Below, piece after piece: positions 38,206 through 49,205 of a stretch of 64,000 bases of DNA. The notes beneath the pieces are model-generated. The model did no database searches. It was not told the DNA's origin and saw nothing but the letters and a program-made list of their open reading frames with translations. The stretch's first letter is position 1, and each line of letters opens with the position of its first letter. A program made the translations under genes and the position numbers. The stretch comes from an uncultured Candidatus Rokubacteria bacterium (GTDB taxonomy: Bacteria > Methylomirabilota > Methylomirabilia > Rokubacteriales > CSP1-6): assembly GCA_963771355.1 (NCBI GenBank), contig CAVYTA010000004.1, positions 1 through 64,000 of the forward strand, given 5' to 3'.

Positions 38206-38741
38206 TGAATCTCGGCGACGCCGCCAAGCGCGCGTACGCGCTGCAGGACTACTCGCCCTCGGCGGCCATCCCCGGTGTCGAGATCGTGGACCTCAAGCGC
38301 TTCGCCGACGACGGCGGGGCCCTCATCGAGCTGGGGCGGCTGACCGCGGGCGCCCACGCGGCCTTCCGCGGCTTCGAGGTCAAGCAGGTCAACTACACCG
38401 AGATGGATCCCGGCGTGATCAAGGCCTTCCATCTCCACCGCCGGCAGACCGACGTCTGGTTCGTCCCTCCGGGCGACCGCATGCTGCTGGTGCTGCTGGA
38501 CGCCCGTGCCGGCTCCCCCACCGAGAACGCGGCGCGCCGCCTCATCCTCGGCGATGCGTCGTCCCGGCTGGTGCGCATCCCGCCCGGGGTGGCCCACGGG
38601 GTGCGCAACCTCGCGAGCACGCGCGGCCGCATCATCTACTTCGTGGACACCCACTTCTCGCCGGATCCCGACACCTCCGACGAGGGCCGCCTGCCGTGGG
38701 ATCATGCCGGCGCCGATATCTGGGAGCCCGTGCGCGGCTGA
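38205..38741 (+). CDS. rmlC: dTDP-4-dehydrorhamnose 3,5-epimerase family
   Basis: KAFHLH, IPPGVAHG. Confidence 0.82.
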   Translation: MNLGDAAKRAYALQDYSPSAAIPGVEIVDLKRFADDGGALIELGRLTAGAHAAFRGFEVKQVNYTEMDPGVIKAFHLHRRQTDVWFVPPGDRMLLVLLDARAGSPTENAARRLILGDASSRLVRIPPGVAHGVRNLASTRGRIIYFVDTHFSPDPDTSDEGRLPWDHAGADIWEPVRG

Positions 38742-39765
<1,024 letters not shown>

Positions 39766-39770
39766 CGAGC

Positions 39771-40814
39771 ATGCGGACCCCCCCGCCGCTCGCTCGTTTG
39801 CTGCTCCTGCTGCTCCTCCTGCTCGTCCCGGTGGGCCTCGCCGCCGCGCCGCGGGGCACCTCGCCCCGGCCGGACCTGCCGCCCGTGGACGGCACCCCCG
39901 CCTTCGCCCGGCGCGCGGCGCCGGCCATGGTGGGGCTCCGGGTGGAGGCCTCGCCGGACGCGCCCTCCTCCGCGAATCTGGGCACGGAGCGCGCGGGCTC
40001 GGCGGTGATCTTCGACCCCGCCGGCTACGCACTCAGCGTGAGCTACCTCCTTCTCGACGCCGAGCGCATCGAGGTGACCCTGCGCGCCGGCCTGACCGTG
40101 CCTGCCCGGCTGGTGGGGCTCGACCTCGAGACCGGGCTCGGCGTGATCAAGCTCAGCTGGGTTGGCCCCTGGCCCGCCGCGCCCCTCGGCGACTCGACTC
40201 GGGTGAAGGTCGGCGACGGGGCGGGGACCCTGGGCGTGGGCGACGGCGGGGAGCTCGTGGCCGTCGAGGCCCGCGTGCAGGGGGTGCAGCGCTACATCGC
40301 CGCGTGGGAGTACATGCTCGATCGCGCCTTCGTGGTGTCGCCCGCCAATCCGGCCTTCGGCGGCGGCGCCCTGGTCGACGGCACCGGCGCCGTGGTCGGC
40401 ATCACCTCGCTCCGTCTGGGCGAGCGCCCCTTCACCAACCTCGTCATCCCCATCGAAAAATTCCTGGCCGGCCGGGATGAGCTGCTCGCCACCGGCCGCG
40501 TGTCGAGCCGCGGCGCCCGGTCCTGGCTGGGGCTCTACACGGACACCCTCGCCGGGCGCGGCGTGGTGGTGCTCGGCGTGAATCCCATCGGCCCCGCCGG
40601 GCCGGCCGGTTTTCGCCGCGGCGACATCATCCTCACCATCGCCGGCCGGGCGGTGGCGAGCCAGGAGGAGTTCTACACGCGTCTCTGGGAGACCCGGATC
40701 GGCGAGCCCGTCGAGGTCCTGGTACAGCGCGAGTCGGGGCGCGCCACGCTCACGGTGCGCCCGGCGGATCGCTACCGCCTGTATCGGACCACCGAAGGCG
40801 GGGAACCACGATAG
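39771..40814 (+). CDS. S1C trypsin-like/PDZ protein with degenerate catalytic residues
   Basis: GSAVI, SYLL, PAFGGGAL, WLGL-PDZ. Confidence 0.75.
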   Translation: MRTPPPLARLLLLLLLLLVPVGLAAAPRGTSPRPDLPPVDGTPAFARRAAPAMVGLRVEASPDAPSSANLGTERAGSAVIFDPAGYALSVSYLLLDAERIEVTLRAGLTVPARLVGLDLETGLGVIKLSWVGPWPAAPLGDSTRVKVGDGAGTLGVGDGGELVAVEARVQGVQRYIAAWEYMLDRAFVVSPANPAFGGGALVDGTGAVVGITSLRLGERPFTNLVIPIEKFLAGRDELLATGRVSSRGARSWLGLYTDTLAGRGVVVLGVNPIGPAGPAGFRRGDIILTIAGRAVASQEEFYTRLWETRIGEPVEVLVQRESGRATLTVRPADRYRLYRTTEGGEPR

Positions 40815-40869
40815 GCGCGCGGGCACGCAGAGATAGGCGGACGGGTCTCAACTGGAGTAGCCTTTAGCC

Positions 40870-42273
40870 ATGCAAGGCATCGACACCTATCAGGGTCGCG
40901 GCCTGATCGCGGACCCCATTCACCGGTACATCCTCTACACGCGCCCGGACGGTCGGCCCGGCGAGGCGACCGAGCAGGACCTGATCGACTCCCCCTGGAT
41001 GCAGCGCCTCCGGCGCGTGCCGCAGCTGCAGTCGGCGCGGTGGGTGTTCCCCGCCGCCGAGCATAGCCGCTTCCAGCACTCCCTCGGCGCCATGCACCTG
41101 GCCGGCCGCTTCGCCCAGCAGCTGTATCCCTCGCTGCGGGCCGAGTTCACCGACGCGCCGTCCGCGCCGCTCTTCGAGGAGCTGCTGCGCATGGCCGGGC
41201 TGCTGCACGACATCGGGCACGGCCCCTTCGGCCACTTCTTCGACGACAACTTCCTCGCCGACTACGAGCTCACCCACGAGATCCTGGGCCAGCGCATCAT
41301 CCGGGAAGAGCTTGCCGAGCTCATCCGCGGCCTGCGCCGGAGCCCGGAGGGGCCGTTCGCGCCCGGCGAGGCCATCGATCCCGACTGGATCTGCTACCTG
41401 ATGGGCAAGGACCGCACCCGGCCGGAGCCGGGGCACCCGCGCTGGCTGGCCCATCTCAAGCCGTTGCTGTCCGGGATCTACACCGCGGACAACATGGACT
41501 ACGTGCTCCGCGACTCGTACATGTGCGGGGTGGCGGTGGGGCCGATCGACGTCGAGCGGATCATGTATTACTCGTTCTTCAGCGACAAGGGCCTCACCCT
41601 CGATCGCGGCGGCATCCAGGCCTTCATCATGTTCCTCAACGCGCGCTTCTACATGTACACCAACGTGTACTACCACCGGACCACCCGCGGCATCGACCTG
41701 CACCTCAAGGAGATTTTCCGGCCCACCATGCTGGAGGTGTTCCCGCACGACCTGCGGGAAGACCTGGGCCCCTATCTCCACCTCACCGAGTGGACGCTCC
41801 TCGAGGAGGTCGCGCGCTGGACGGATTCCGAGAAGCCGGAGCGCCGCGAGCTCGCGCGGGAGTGGCGCCAGATCCTCGACCGCCGGCTGCGCTGGCGGAT
41901 GGCACACGAGGTGGTGCTCGACCTCTTCGAGCCGCGCCGGGGTCAGGCGTTCATGGCCGCCGAGGAGGTCGAGAAGCGCGTGTACGAGCACCTGCCTCCC
42001 GCGCTCCGGAACATCCCGTTCAAGGTCGACATGGCGCTCCAGGACCCGCGACCGCTCAACCCGCTCAAGATGAGCGACCGGCAGATCTACGTGTACGACT
42101 CCGCCTCCCGGACGGTGTCCGCGGAGCCGCTGGTGGAGCTGCTCAAGTACCTCCCCGGCAAGGTCGCCCAGTGCCGCATCTTCGCCACCACTCACGAGCA
42201 CGATCACCTTCTCGCCACCGCGCTGGAGGCCGCGCTCAGCGAAGAGCGTCCCGCGCACTCCACCAATCTCTAG
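40870..42273 (+). CDS. HD-domain phosphohydrolase (SAMHD1/dNTPase-like)
   Basis: DPIH, QRLRRVPQL, HSRFQHSLG, LLHDIGHGPFGH, DNMDY, VYYH. Confidence 0.9.
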   Translation: MQGIDTYQGRGLIADPIHRYILYTRPDGRPGEATEQDLIDSPWMQRLRRVPQLQSARWVFPAAEHSRFQHSLGAMHLAGRFAQQLYPSLRAEFTDAPSAPLFEELLRMAGLLHDIGHGPFGHFFDDNFLADYELTHEILGQRIIREELAELIRGLRRSPEGPFAPGEAIDPDWICYLMGKDRTRPEPGHPRWLAHLKPLLSGIYTADNMDYVLRDSYMCGVAVGPIDVERIMYYSFFSDKGLTLDRGGIQAFIMFLNARFYMYTNVYYHRTTRGIDLHLKEIFRPTMLEVFPHDLREDLGPYLHLTEWTLLEEVARWTDSEKPERRELAREWRQILDRRLRWRMAHEVVLDLFEPRRGQAFMAAEEVEKRVYEHLPPALRNIPFKVDMALQDPRPLNPLKMSDRQIYVYDSASRTVSAEPLVELLKYLPGKVAQCRIFATTHEHDHLLATALEAALSEERPAHSTNL

Positions 42274-42282
42274 CGAGGGAAT

Positions 42283-42789
42283 ATGGACCTGCTCGAAGCC
42301 AAGAATCGTGTGGCCGAGGCGCTCGTCGAGTCCATTTTCCGGCGGGCCCGCTACGACATCACTCCCTATCGCCGGTCGCCGGCGGCGGGGCTCCGGGTGG
42401 GGCGGGACGACTTCTCCCCGGACTTCTGGGTGAAGCCCTCCGGCGAGGGCGGTCCCGGCGGCACCGGGGGCACCAAGGACTTCCTCATCGAGGTGAAGTA
42501 CCATCCGCACATCGGACAGTTCCTCTCCGTGGAGAGTCAGCGCGGCGAGCGGTCCCTCTTCCAGATGGCACGGCGGCAATGGCCGGAGCTGTACTTCGTG
42601 CTCGTGAGTGACAAGCCCGAGCCGGGCCGGTCCTGCTTCCAGGCCTTTCATCTCGCGGGCTGGGCGCCGGGCGCCCCCTGCCAGACCCGCGATGTCTCCG
42701 AGGTGGAAGAGATGGGGATTTTCGCGCACAATGTGGCCGATCACGAAGAGCTGATCCGCCGCATCTTCGCCCTCCTCACCGGCGCCTGA
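42283..42789 (+). CDS. hypothetical PD-(D/E)XK-fold protein
   Basis: PDF...LIEVK. Confidence 0.55.
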   Translation: MDLLEAKNRVAEALVESIFRRARYDITPYRRSPAAGLRVGRDDFSPDFWVKPSGEGGPGGTGGTKDFLIEVKYHPHIGQFLSVESQRGERSLFQMARRQWPELYFVLVSDKPEPGRSCFQAFHLAGWAPGAPCQTRDVSEVEEMGIFAHNVADHEELIRRIFALLTGA

Positions 42790-42838
42790 GGGCGCCCGGG
42801 GAGGGAGTCCGCCGCACCAGCCAGGAGAGGGCAGAGCC

Positions 42839-44011
42839 ATGGAGAAATTCAGAGGCGTCGACTACTTCGGGATCGAGGAGCAGCTCAGCGACGAGCAGCG
42901 GATGATCCGGGACACCGTGCGCGACTGGGTGGAGTCGCGCTTCCTCCCCATCGTCACCGAGCATCACCGCCACGAAACCTTCCCGGTGGAGCTGGCCGCC
43001 GAGCTGGGGGAGATGGGCGTGTTCGGGGCCACCCTCAAGGGCTATGGCTGCCTGGGCCTCGACAATGTGGCCTACGGCCTCATCATGCAGGAGCTGGAGC
43101 GCGGCGACTCGGGGCTCCGCTCGTTCGCCTCCGTGCAGAGCGGGCTCGTGATGTATCCCATCTATTCCTACGGGTCGGACGCGCAGAAGGACCGGTGGCT
43201 GCCGCGGCTGCAGTCGGGCGCCGCCATGGGGTGCTTCGGCCTCACCGAGCCCGACCACGGCTCCGACCCCGGCTCGATGAAGACGCGCGCGGTGAAGAAG
43301 GGGAACGAGTACGTGCTCAACGGCACCAAGCTCTGGATCACCAACGGCTCGGTGGCGGAAGTGGCGGTGGTGTGGGCCAAGGGCGACGACGGCGAGATCG
43401 GCGGATATCTCGTCGAGAAGGGGACGCCCGGGTTCGGCAGCATGGACATCCACGGGAAGTTCTCCATGCGCGCCTCCATCACCTCGGAGCTGTCCTTCCA
43501 GGACTGCCGCATCCCGCTCGAGAACAAGCTGCCCGGCGTGAAGGGGCTCAAGGGCCCGCTGTCCTGTCTCTCCCAGGCGCGCTACGGCATCGCCTGGGGC
43601 GCCATCGGCGCCGCCATGGGCTGCTACGACTGGGCGCTTCAGTACGCGCAGCAGCGCATCCAGTTCGGCAAACCCATCGGCTCCTTCCAGCTCGTCCAGC
43701 AGAAGCTCGTCTGGATGATCAACGAGATCACCAAGGCGCAGCTCCTGTGTCTCCAGCTCGGCCGTCTCAAGGACGCGGGAACGGCGCGGCCCCAGCAGAT
43801 CTCCCTCGCCAAGATGAACAATGTCCAGATGGCGCTGGACACCGCGCGCCAGGCGCGTGACATCCTGGGCGCCGCCGGCATCGTGGACGAGCACCCCATC
43901 ATGCGCCACATGATGAATCTCGAGACGGTCAACACTTACGAGGGCACACACGACATCCACGTGCTCATCGTGGGGCGGGACGTCACGGGCCTGGACGCGT
44001 TCGGTATCTGA
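42839..44011 (+). CDS. gcdH: glutaryl-CoA dehydrogenase
   Basis: ELERGDSGLRS, GCFGLTEPDHGSDP, NTYEGTHDIH. Confidence 0.9.
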   Translation: MEKFRGVDYFGIEEQLSDEQRMIRDTVRDWVESRFLPIVTEHHRHETFPVELAAELGEMGVFGATLKGYGCLGLDNVAYGLIMQELERGDSGLRSFASVQSGLVMYPIYSYGSDAQKDRWLPRLQSGAAMGCFGLTEPDHGSDPGSMKTRAVKKGNEYVLNGTKLWITNGSVAEVAVVWAKGDDGEIGGYLVEKGTPGFGSMDIHGKFSMRASITSELSFQDCRIPLENKLPGVKGLKGPLSCLSQARYGIAWGAIGAAMGCYDWALQYAQQRIQFGKPIGSFQLVQQKLVWMINEITKAQLLCLQLGRLKDAGTARPQQISLAKMNNVQMALDTARQARDILGAAGIVDEHPIMRHMMNLETVNTYEGTHDIHVLIVGRDVTGLDAFGI

Positions 44012-44030
44012 GTCGGTGTAGCATAGGCGC

Positions 44031-45245
44031 ATGACCCCTCCCGAATCCTCGGCCACCGCCGTCCCTCTGCCCGCCGCCGGCGGGGCGGTGCGCGTCCGTC
44101 CGGACATGCGCCTGCTGGGGCTGCTCGCTCTCGGGCACATGGTGATCGACATCAACCAGGGCTCGCTGGCCGCGGTGCTGCCGTTCCTCAAGGACGCGCT
44201 CAAGATCTCGTACACCGCCACCGGCGTCATCGTGCTGATGGCGAACATCACCTCGTCGGTCATCCAGCCGCTCTTCGGCTATCTCGCGGACAAGACGGAG
44301 CGCCGCTGGATCCTGCCGCTGTCGGTGCTGCTCTCGTCGTTGGGTCTGGGCTTTCTCGGGCTGGCTCCGTCGTACTGGGCGGTGCTGGCGCTGGTGATGA
44401 TCACCGGGTTCGGGGTGGCCTCGTATCATCCGGAGGGTTATCGCACCGCCACCGCGGTGGCGGGCGACCGCAAGGCCACCGGGGTGTCCATCTTCTCCAC
44501 CGGAGGCAATATCGGGATCGCGCTCGGCCCGCCCCTGGCCACTGCGCTACTCACCGGTTTCGGGATGCCGGGGACCCTCGGCATGCTGGTGCCGGGGCTG
44601 GTGGTCGCGCTGCTCTTGACCGCGGTGCTGCCGAGGCTGTCCGCGCCGGCGCCGGCGGTGGCGCGCGCGCAGGCCAGCGCCAGCGGGGCCCAGACCATGG
44701 TGGGGGCGATGAGCCTCCTCATCCTGGTGGTGGCCATCCGCTCCTGGACCACCCTCGGCTTCACGACCTTCATGCCCTTCTACTGGAAGGAAGTGCTGCA
44801 CGGTGACCCGCGGCACGTGGGGACCCTCCTCGCGGTCTTCCTCGGCGCCGGCGCGGTGGGCACGCTGGCGGCGGGGCCGGTGGCCGACCGCGTCGGCGTA
44901 CGCCGCTACGTGGTGGCGGTCTTCCTCCTCGCCACCCCGCTGGCGGTGGGCTTTCTCTTCGTGCAGGGCTGGCTCGTGTACGTCTTCCTGGGTCTCCTCG
45001 GCTTCGTCCTGGTCTCCACCTTCACGGTGTCGGTGGTGCTGGGGCAGGCGTACCTGCCGAAGAATCCCGGCCTGGCCTCCGGGCTCATCGTGGGCTTCGC
45101 CATCGGCGCCGGCGGCCTCGGCGCCAGCGCGCTCGGCTGGGTCGCCGATCACTGGGGCCTCGCGAGCGCCCTGTGGATCTCGGCCCTCATGCCGCTGGCG
45201 GGCTTCGTCACCGCTCTCTTCCTCCCGGAGCCTCGGTCGCGGTGA
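44031..45245 (+). CDS. MFS transporter, Fsr (fosmidomycin resistance) family
   Basis: QPLFGYLAD, YHPEG, FSTGGNIG. Confidence 0.85.
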   Translation: MTPPESSATAVPLPAAGGAVRVRPDMRLLGLLALGHMVIDINQGSLAAVLPFLKDALKISYTATGVIVLMANITSSVIQPLFGYLADKTERRWILPLSVLLSSLGLGFLGLAPSYWAVLALVMITGFGVASYHPEGYRTATAVAGDRKATGVSIFSTGGNIGIALGPPLATALLTGFGMPGTLGMLVPGLVVALLLTAVLPRLSAPAPAVARAQASASGAQTMVGAMSLLILVVAIRSWTTLGFTTFMPFYWKEVLHGDPRHVGTLLAVFLGAGAVGTLAAGPVADRVGVRRYVVAVFLLATPLAVGFLFVQGWLVYVFLGLLGFVLVSTFTVSVVLGQAYLPKNPGLASGLIVGFAIGAGGLGASALGWVADHWGLASALWISALMPLAGFVTALFLPEPRSR

Positions 45246-46072
45246 CGGCGGACAAGCTCCAGGACGGCGAGCAGGTGCTGCTGATCGACCAGCGCGGCCG
45301 ACGCCATCTCTTCATGCTGCGCAAGGGCGAGACCTTCCACTCCGATCGAGGCTGGGTGCTGCACGACGCCGTCATCGGCCAGCCCGACGGCTCCTGGGTC
45401 CGCACCTCCAAGGGCACGCGCTACGTGGCGTTGCGGCCCACGCTGGCCGAGTTCGTCCTCGACATGCCGCGCGGCGCGCAGGTGATCTATCCCAAGGACC
45501 TCGCCATGGTGATGTTCTGGGCCGACATCTATCCGGGCGCGCGCGTGCTCGAGGCGGGGATGGGCTCGGGTGCCCTCACCCTGGCGCTGCTCCGCGCGGT
45601 GGGGCCCGAAGGCAAGGTGATCAGCTACGAGCAGCGGGACGATTTCGCCCGCCGCGCGCTGGCGAATATCCACCTGCGCATGGGCGACGTGACCAACCTG
45701 GCGGTACGGCTGCGCCCCGTGCAGGAGGGACTGGCCGAGGAGGAGCCGGTGGATCGGGTGGTGCTCGACCTGCCCGAGCCGTGGCATCTCGTGGAGGGCG
45801 TGTCCGCCGTGCTCCGCGCGGGCGGCATTCTCCTCTCCTATCTGCCCACCATCATCCAGTCGCATCAGCTCACCGAGGCCCTGCGCCGCCATCCCGGCTA
45901 CACGCTGATCGAGACCTTCGAGACGCTGTTCCGGCCCTGGAACATCGAGAACACGTCCGTGCGCCCGTTTCATCGAATGGTCGCGCATACGGGCTTCATC
46001 ACCGTGGCCCGGCGCGTGGTTCCCGAGGACTCGCCCTTCCAGCCGCGCATCAGCATGCCCGAGGTGGACTGA
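45242..46072 (+). CDS. trmI: tRNA (adenine58-N1)-methyltransferase
   Basis: MPRGAQVIYPKD, LEAGMGSG, LDLPEPW, HTGF. Confidence 0.93.
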   Translation: MTADKLQDGEQVLLIDQRGRRHLFMLRKGETFHSDRGWVLHDAVIGQPDGSWVRTSKGTRYVALRPTLAEFVLDMPRGAQVIYPKDLAMVMFWADIYPGARVLEAGMGSGALTLALLRAVGPEGKVISYEQRDDFARRALANIHLRMGDVTNLAVRLRPVQEGLAEEEPVDRVVLDLPEPWHLVEGVSAVLRAGGILLSYLPTIIQSHQLTEALRRHPGYTLIETFETLFRPWNIENTSVRPFHRMVAHTGFITVARRVVPEDSPFQPRISMPEVD

Positions 46073-46075
46073 GGC

Positions 46076-47461
46076 ATGCTCGAGCGCTGGTTCGGGCTCA
46101 CCGCGCGGGGCACCACCGCCGCGCGGGAGACCCGGGCCGGCTTCACCACCTTCATGGTGATGGCCTACATCATCTTCGTGAACCCGGCGATCCTGTCCTT
46201 CGCCGGCATCGCGGCGCTCGAGGGGCAGGGACCGCCGTTCGCCGCCACCCAGGCGGCGACCTGCCTGGTGGCGGGGGTGATGACCATCGCCATGGGACTC
46301 GCGTCCAACTATCCGCTCGCGCTGGCCTCCGGCATGGGGCTCAACGCGGTGGTGGCGTTCCAGCTCATCGCCGGCCTCAAGCTGCCCTGGCCGGCGGCGA
46401 TGGGGGTGGTGTTCATCGAGGGGCTGGTGATCACCGCGCTGGTCCTCACCGGCTTTCGCGAGGCCATCATGAACGCCATCCCCCTCGCGCTGAAGCAGGC
46501 GATCGGCGTCGGCATCGGCCTCTTCATCCTCTTCATCGGGCTGGTGTCGGCGGGTATCGTGAAGCCGGGGCCTCCCGGCGTGCCGGTCACCCTGGGTGAG
46601 CTCACCGCGGCCCCGGTGGCGGTCGCGGTGGTCGGCCTCTTCATCACGCTCTGGCTCCAGGCCCGCGGCTCGGGCGGCGCACTGCTGGTGGGCATCCTGG
46701 TGACCACCGTCCTCGCCGTCGCCGTGAACTCCGCCACCGGCGGCCGCGCGTTTCCCATTCCCGGCCAGGCGGTGATCCCGCGCGGGCTCTGGGCCTGGCC
46801 CGACTTCTCGAGCGTCGGCGCCGGCGTGAACTTCGAGGTCTTCGCGCGGGTGGGCGTGGTCACCGCGGTGGTGACGATCTTCGCGATCATGCTCTCGGAC
46901 TTCTTCGACACCATGGGCACGGTGATCGGCATCGGGGGCGAAGCGGGGTGGCTGGACCGGAACGGCCGGCTCCCGCGCCTCAACCGCGTGCTCCTGGTGG
47001 ACTCTCTCGCCGCGGCGGCGGGCGGCGCCGCGGGCGCCTCGTCCGCCACCACCTACATCGAATCGGCGGCGGGAGTCTCTGCGGGCGCGCGCACGGGGCT
47101 GGCCTCGGTGGTCACCGGGCTCTGCTTCCTCCTCGCGCTCTTCTTCTCGCCCCTCGCCGGCGTGGTGCCGGCCCAGGCCACCGCCCCCGCGCTGCTCATC
47201 GTGGGCTACCTCATGACCCGGGTCGTGCGCGAGATCCGCTTCGCCGACATCGAGGACGGCTTTCCCGCCCTCCTCACCCTCACCGTGATGCCCTTCACCT
47301 ACTCCATCACCAACGGGATCGGCGCGGGCTTCGTGAGCTACTGCTTCATCAAGCTGGTGCGGGGCAAGGCCCGCGCGGTGTACCCGATGATGTGGGCGGC
47401 CGCCGCCGCCTTCGTGATCTATTTCGTCTTGCCCGGCCTCCGCGGCCTCCTCGGGGTCTAG
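46076..47461 (+). CDS. NCS2 family (AzgA/PbuG-like) purine permease
   Basis: MAYIIFVNP, GMGLNA, DFFDTMGT, YIESAAG. Confidence 0.92.
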   Translation: MLERWFGLTARGTTAARETRAGFTTFMVMAYIIFVNPAILSFAGIAALEGQGPPFAATQAATCLVAGVMTIAMGLASNYPLALASGMGLNAVVAFQLIAGLKLPWPAAMGVVFIEGLVITALVLTGFREAIMNAIPLALKQAIGVGIGLFILFIGLVSAGIVKPGPPGVPVTLGELTAAPVAVAVVGLFITLWLQARGSGGALLVGILVTTVLAVAVNSATGGRAFPIPGQAVIPRGLWAWPDFSSVGAGVNFEVFARVGVVTAVVTIFAIMLSDFFDTMGTVIGIGGEAGWLDRNGRLPRLNRVLLVDSLAAAAGGAAGASSATTYIESAAGVSAGARTGLASVVTGLCFLLALFFSPLAGVVPAQATAPALLIVGYLMTRVVREIRFADIEDGFPALLTLTVMPFTYSITNGIGAGFVSYCFIKLVRGKARAVYPMMWAAAAAFVIYFVLPGLRGLLGV

Positions 47462-47467
47462 TCCCGC

Positions 47468-49180
47468 GTGCGCCCGCTCCGTCTCCTGCTCGCCGTCGGG
47501 CTCGTACTCCTCGCGGGGGCCGCCGCCCAGCCCCAGTCCGAGCCCAACGCGACCGCGATCCGCGCCGTCCACCGCAACGGACAGACCTTCGTCACATGGA
47601 TGGACGCGGCCTCGGGGGAAGCGGGCGCGCGCTTCCGCTACGCGCTCTATCGGGCGGACGTGCCCATCACCGACGGAAACCTCAGCGACGCCCGGCTCGT
47701 CGGACGCGGCATCCTCAACAACTCCGCGCGGCGCTTCGGCGAGGCGTTCCGGCCGCAGGAGCGGCTGGACCCGGACCGTCCCCAGACCATTCTCGAGGAG
47801 GGGGGCGCCCCGCTGCCGCTGTGGAGCGGGATCGGCGTCTATACCGCGCGCGTGGCCGGTCGCGGGTACTACGCGGTGGTCACCACCGACAGCAGTCACA
47901 AGGCGCTCAGCCGCGTCGTGCCCGGGACCAATGCCACCACCGCGCCGATCGAGGAGCAGCCGGGCGAGCTCCGCCCGATCAAGCAGATCGACTCGCGCGC
48001 CCGCGGCGGCGCCGGTGGGCAGGGCGTGATCAGCGGCACCGCGGGACTGCCGCTGCATCTCTGGCTGCATCCGAGCGCCTCGGAGGGTGGGCCGGCGGGG
48101 CGGATCGGCGACTACTACGTGTACTTCGGCTCCGAGGACCTGGGGTTCCGGGACGGAATGCCCGGGGTCTTCTCGGTGGAGGAGCGCCGCGAGAAGGGAG
48201 GCGGCGCCCTGGTGGTGAAGCCGCGCGACGCCATCGAGTCCGACAGCCCCAAGGGCGGCGGACATCAGTCGCTCTGGTTCGGCTACTACGGCGTGCCGCA
48301 GTGGTCGACCCAGCGTGAGCCGCGCGCCTACCCCTTCACCGAGCGGCGCCTGCTCTGGATGCTGGCCTGGGCGCAGCAGCAGTATCAGACCGACCCGGAG
48401 CGCGTCTATGTCAGCGGGCAGTCCATGGGCGGGTGGGGATCCGCGACCTTCGCGCTGCGCCACCCCGAGCGCTTCGCCGCCGTCTTCCCCCTGCTGCCGC
48501 GCTTCCGGCAGCACCTGCTTCCCGGCCTGCCGCCGAAGCGCGGGCAGCGTCCGCTGATGGATGACGGCAAGACGCCATACTTCGAGCGGATGGACATGGT
48601 GCGCTTCGTCGGCGAGCATCGCGCGGACCTGCCCTTCATCGGCTGGGCCATCGGGCGGCGCGACGGGTTCGCGACCTTCGGACAGCAGGTGGAGATGGCC
48701 AAGGCGCTGACGGCGGCCCGGCACGGGTTCGCCTTCGCGTGGAACAACGGAGGCCACAGCGCGGGAACCAAGCCCATCGAGGAGGTCTACAAGTACTACC
48801 CGCCCGACCGCTTCCGCCGAAACCTGAGCTACCCCGCCTTCACCCGTAGCTCGATCGACGACGATCCCGGCGATGGTGACCCCGCCCGGGGCGCCATGGA
48901 AGGCGGGATCAACCTCGGCTTCGTGTGGAAGGATCCGACCGACGAGCCCGACCGCTGGGCGGTCAGCTTCTCGAACGTGCTGGCCCCCGATCCCATGACC
49001 GTGGACGTGACGCCCCGGCGGGCTCAGCAATTCCGGCCCCGTCCCGGTGAGGTCTTGCGCTGGACCACCGCCGCGGGCGCGAGCGGCGAGGTCACCGTCG
49101 ACCAGTGGGGGCTGGTGACGGTGGAAAAGGTCGCGATCCGTCCCGGACAGGACACCGTCCTCACGTTCAGCCGCCGCTGA
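47468..49180 (+). CDS. secreted alpha/beta hydrolase
   Basis: Signal peptide; RVYVSGQSMGGWG; D...GGH. Confidence 0.75.
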   Translation: MRPLRLLLAVGLVLLAGAAAQPQSEPNATAIRAVHRNGQTFVTWMDAASGEAGARFRYALYRADVPITDGNLSDARLVGRGILNNSARRFGEAFRPQERLDPDRPQTILEEGGAPLPLWSGIGVYTARVAGRGYYAVVTTDSSHKALSRVVPGTNATTAPIEEQPGELRPIKQIDSRARGGAGGQGVISGTAGLPLHLWLHPSASEGGPAGRIGDYYVYFGSEDLGFRDGMPGVFSVEERREKGGGALVVKPRDAIESDSPKGGGHQSLWFGYYGVPQWSTQREPRAYPFTERRLLWMLAWAQQQYQTDPERVYVSGQSMGGWGSATFALRHPERFAAVFPLLPRFRQHLLPGLPPKRGQRPLMDDGKTPYFERMDMVRFVGEHRADLPFIGWAIGRRDGFATFGQQVEMAKALTAARHGFAFAWNNGGHSAGTKPIEEVYKYYPPDRFRRNLSYPAFTRSSIDDDPGDGDPARGAMEGGINLGFVWKDPTDEPDRWAVSFSNVLAPDPMTVDVTPRRAQQFRPRPGEVLRWTTAAGASGEVTVDQWGLVTVEKVAIRPGQDTVLTFSRR

Positions 49181-49205
49181 CGTGTCGACCTGAGGGGCCC
49201 GCGCC

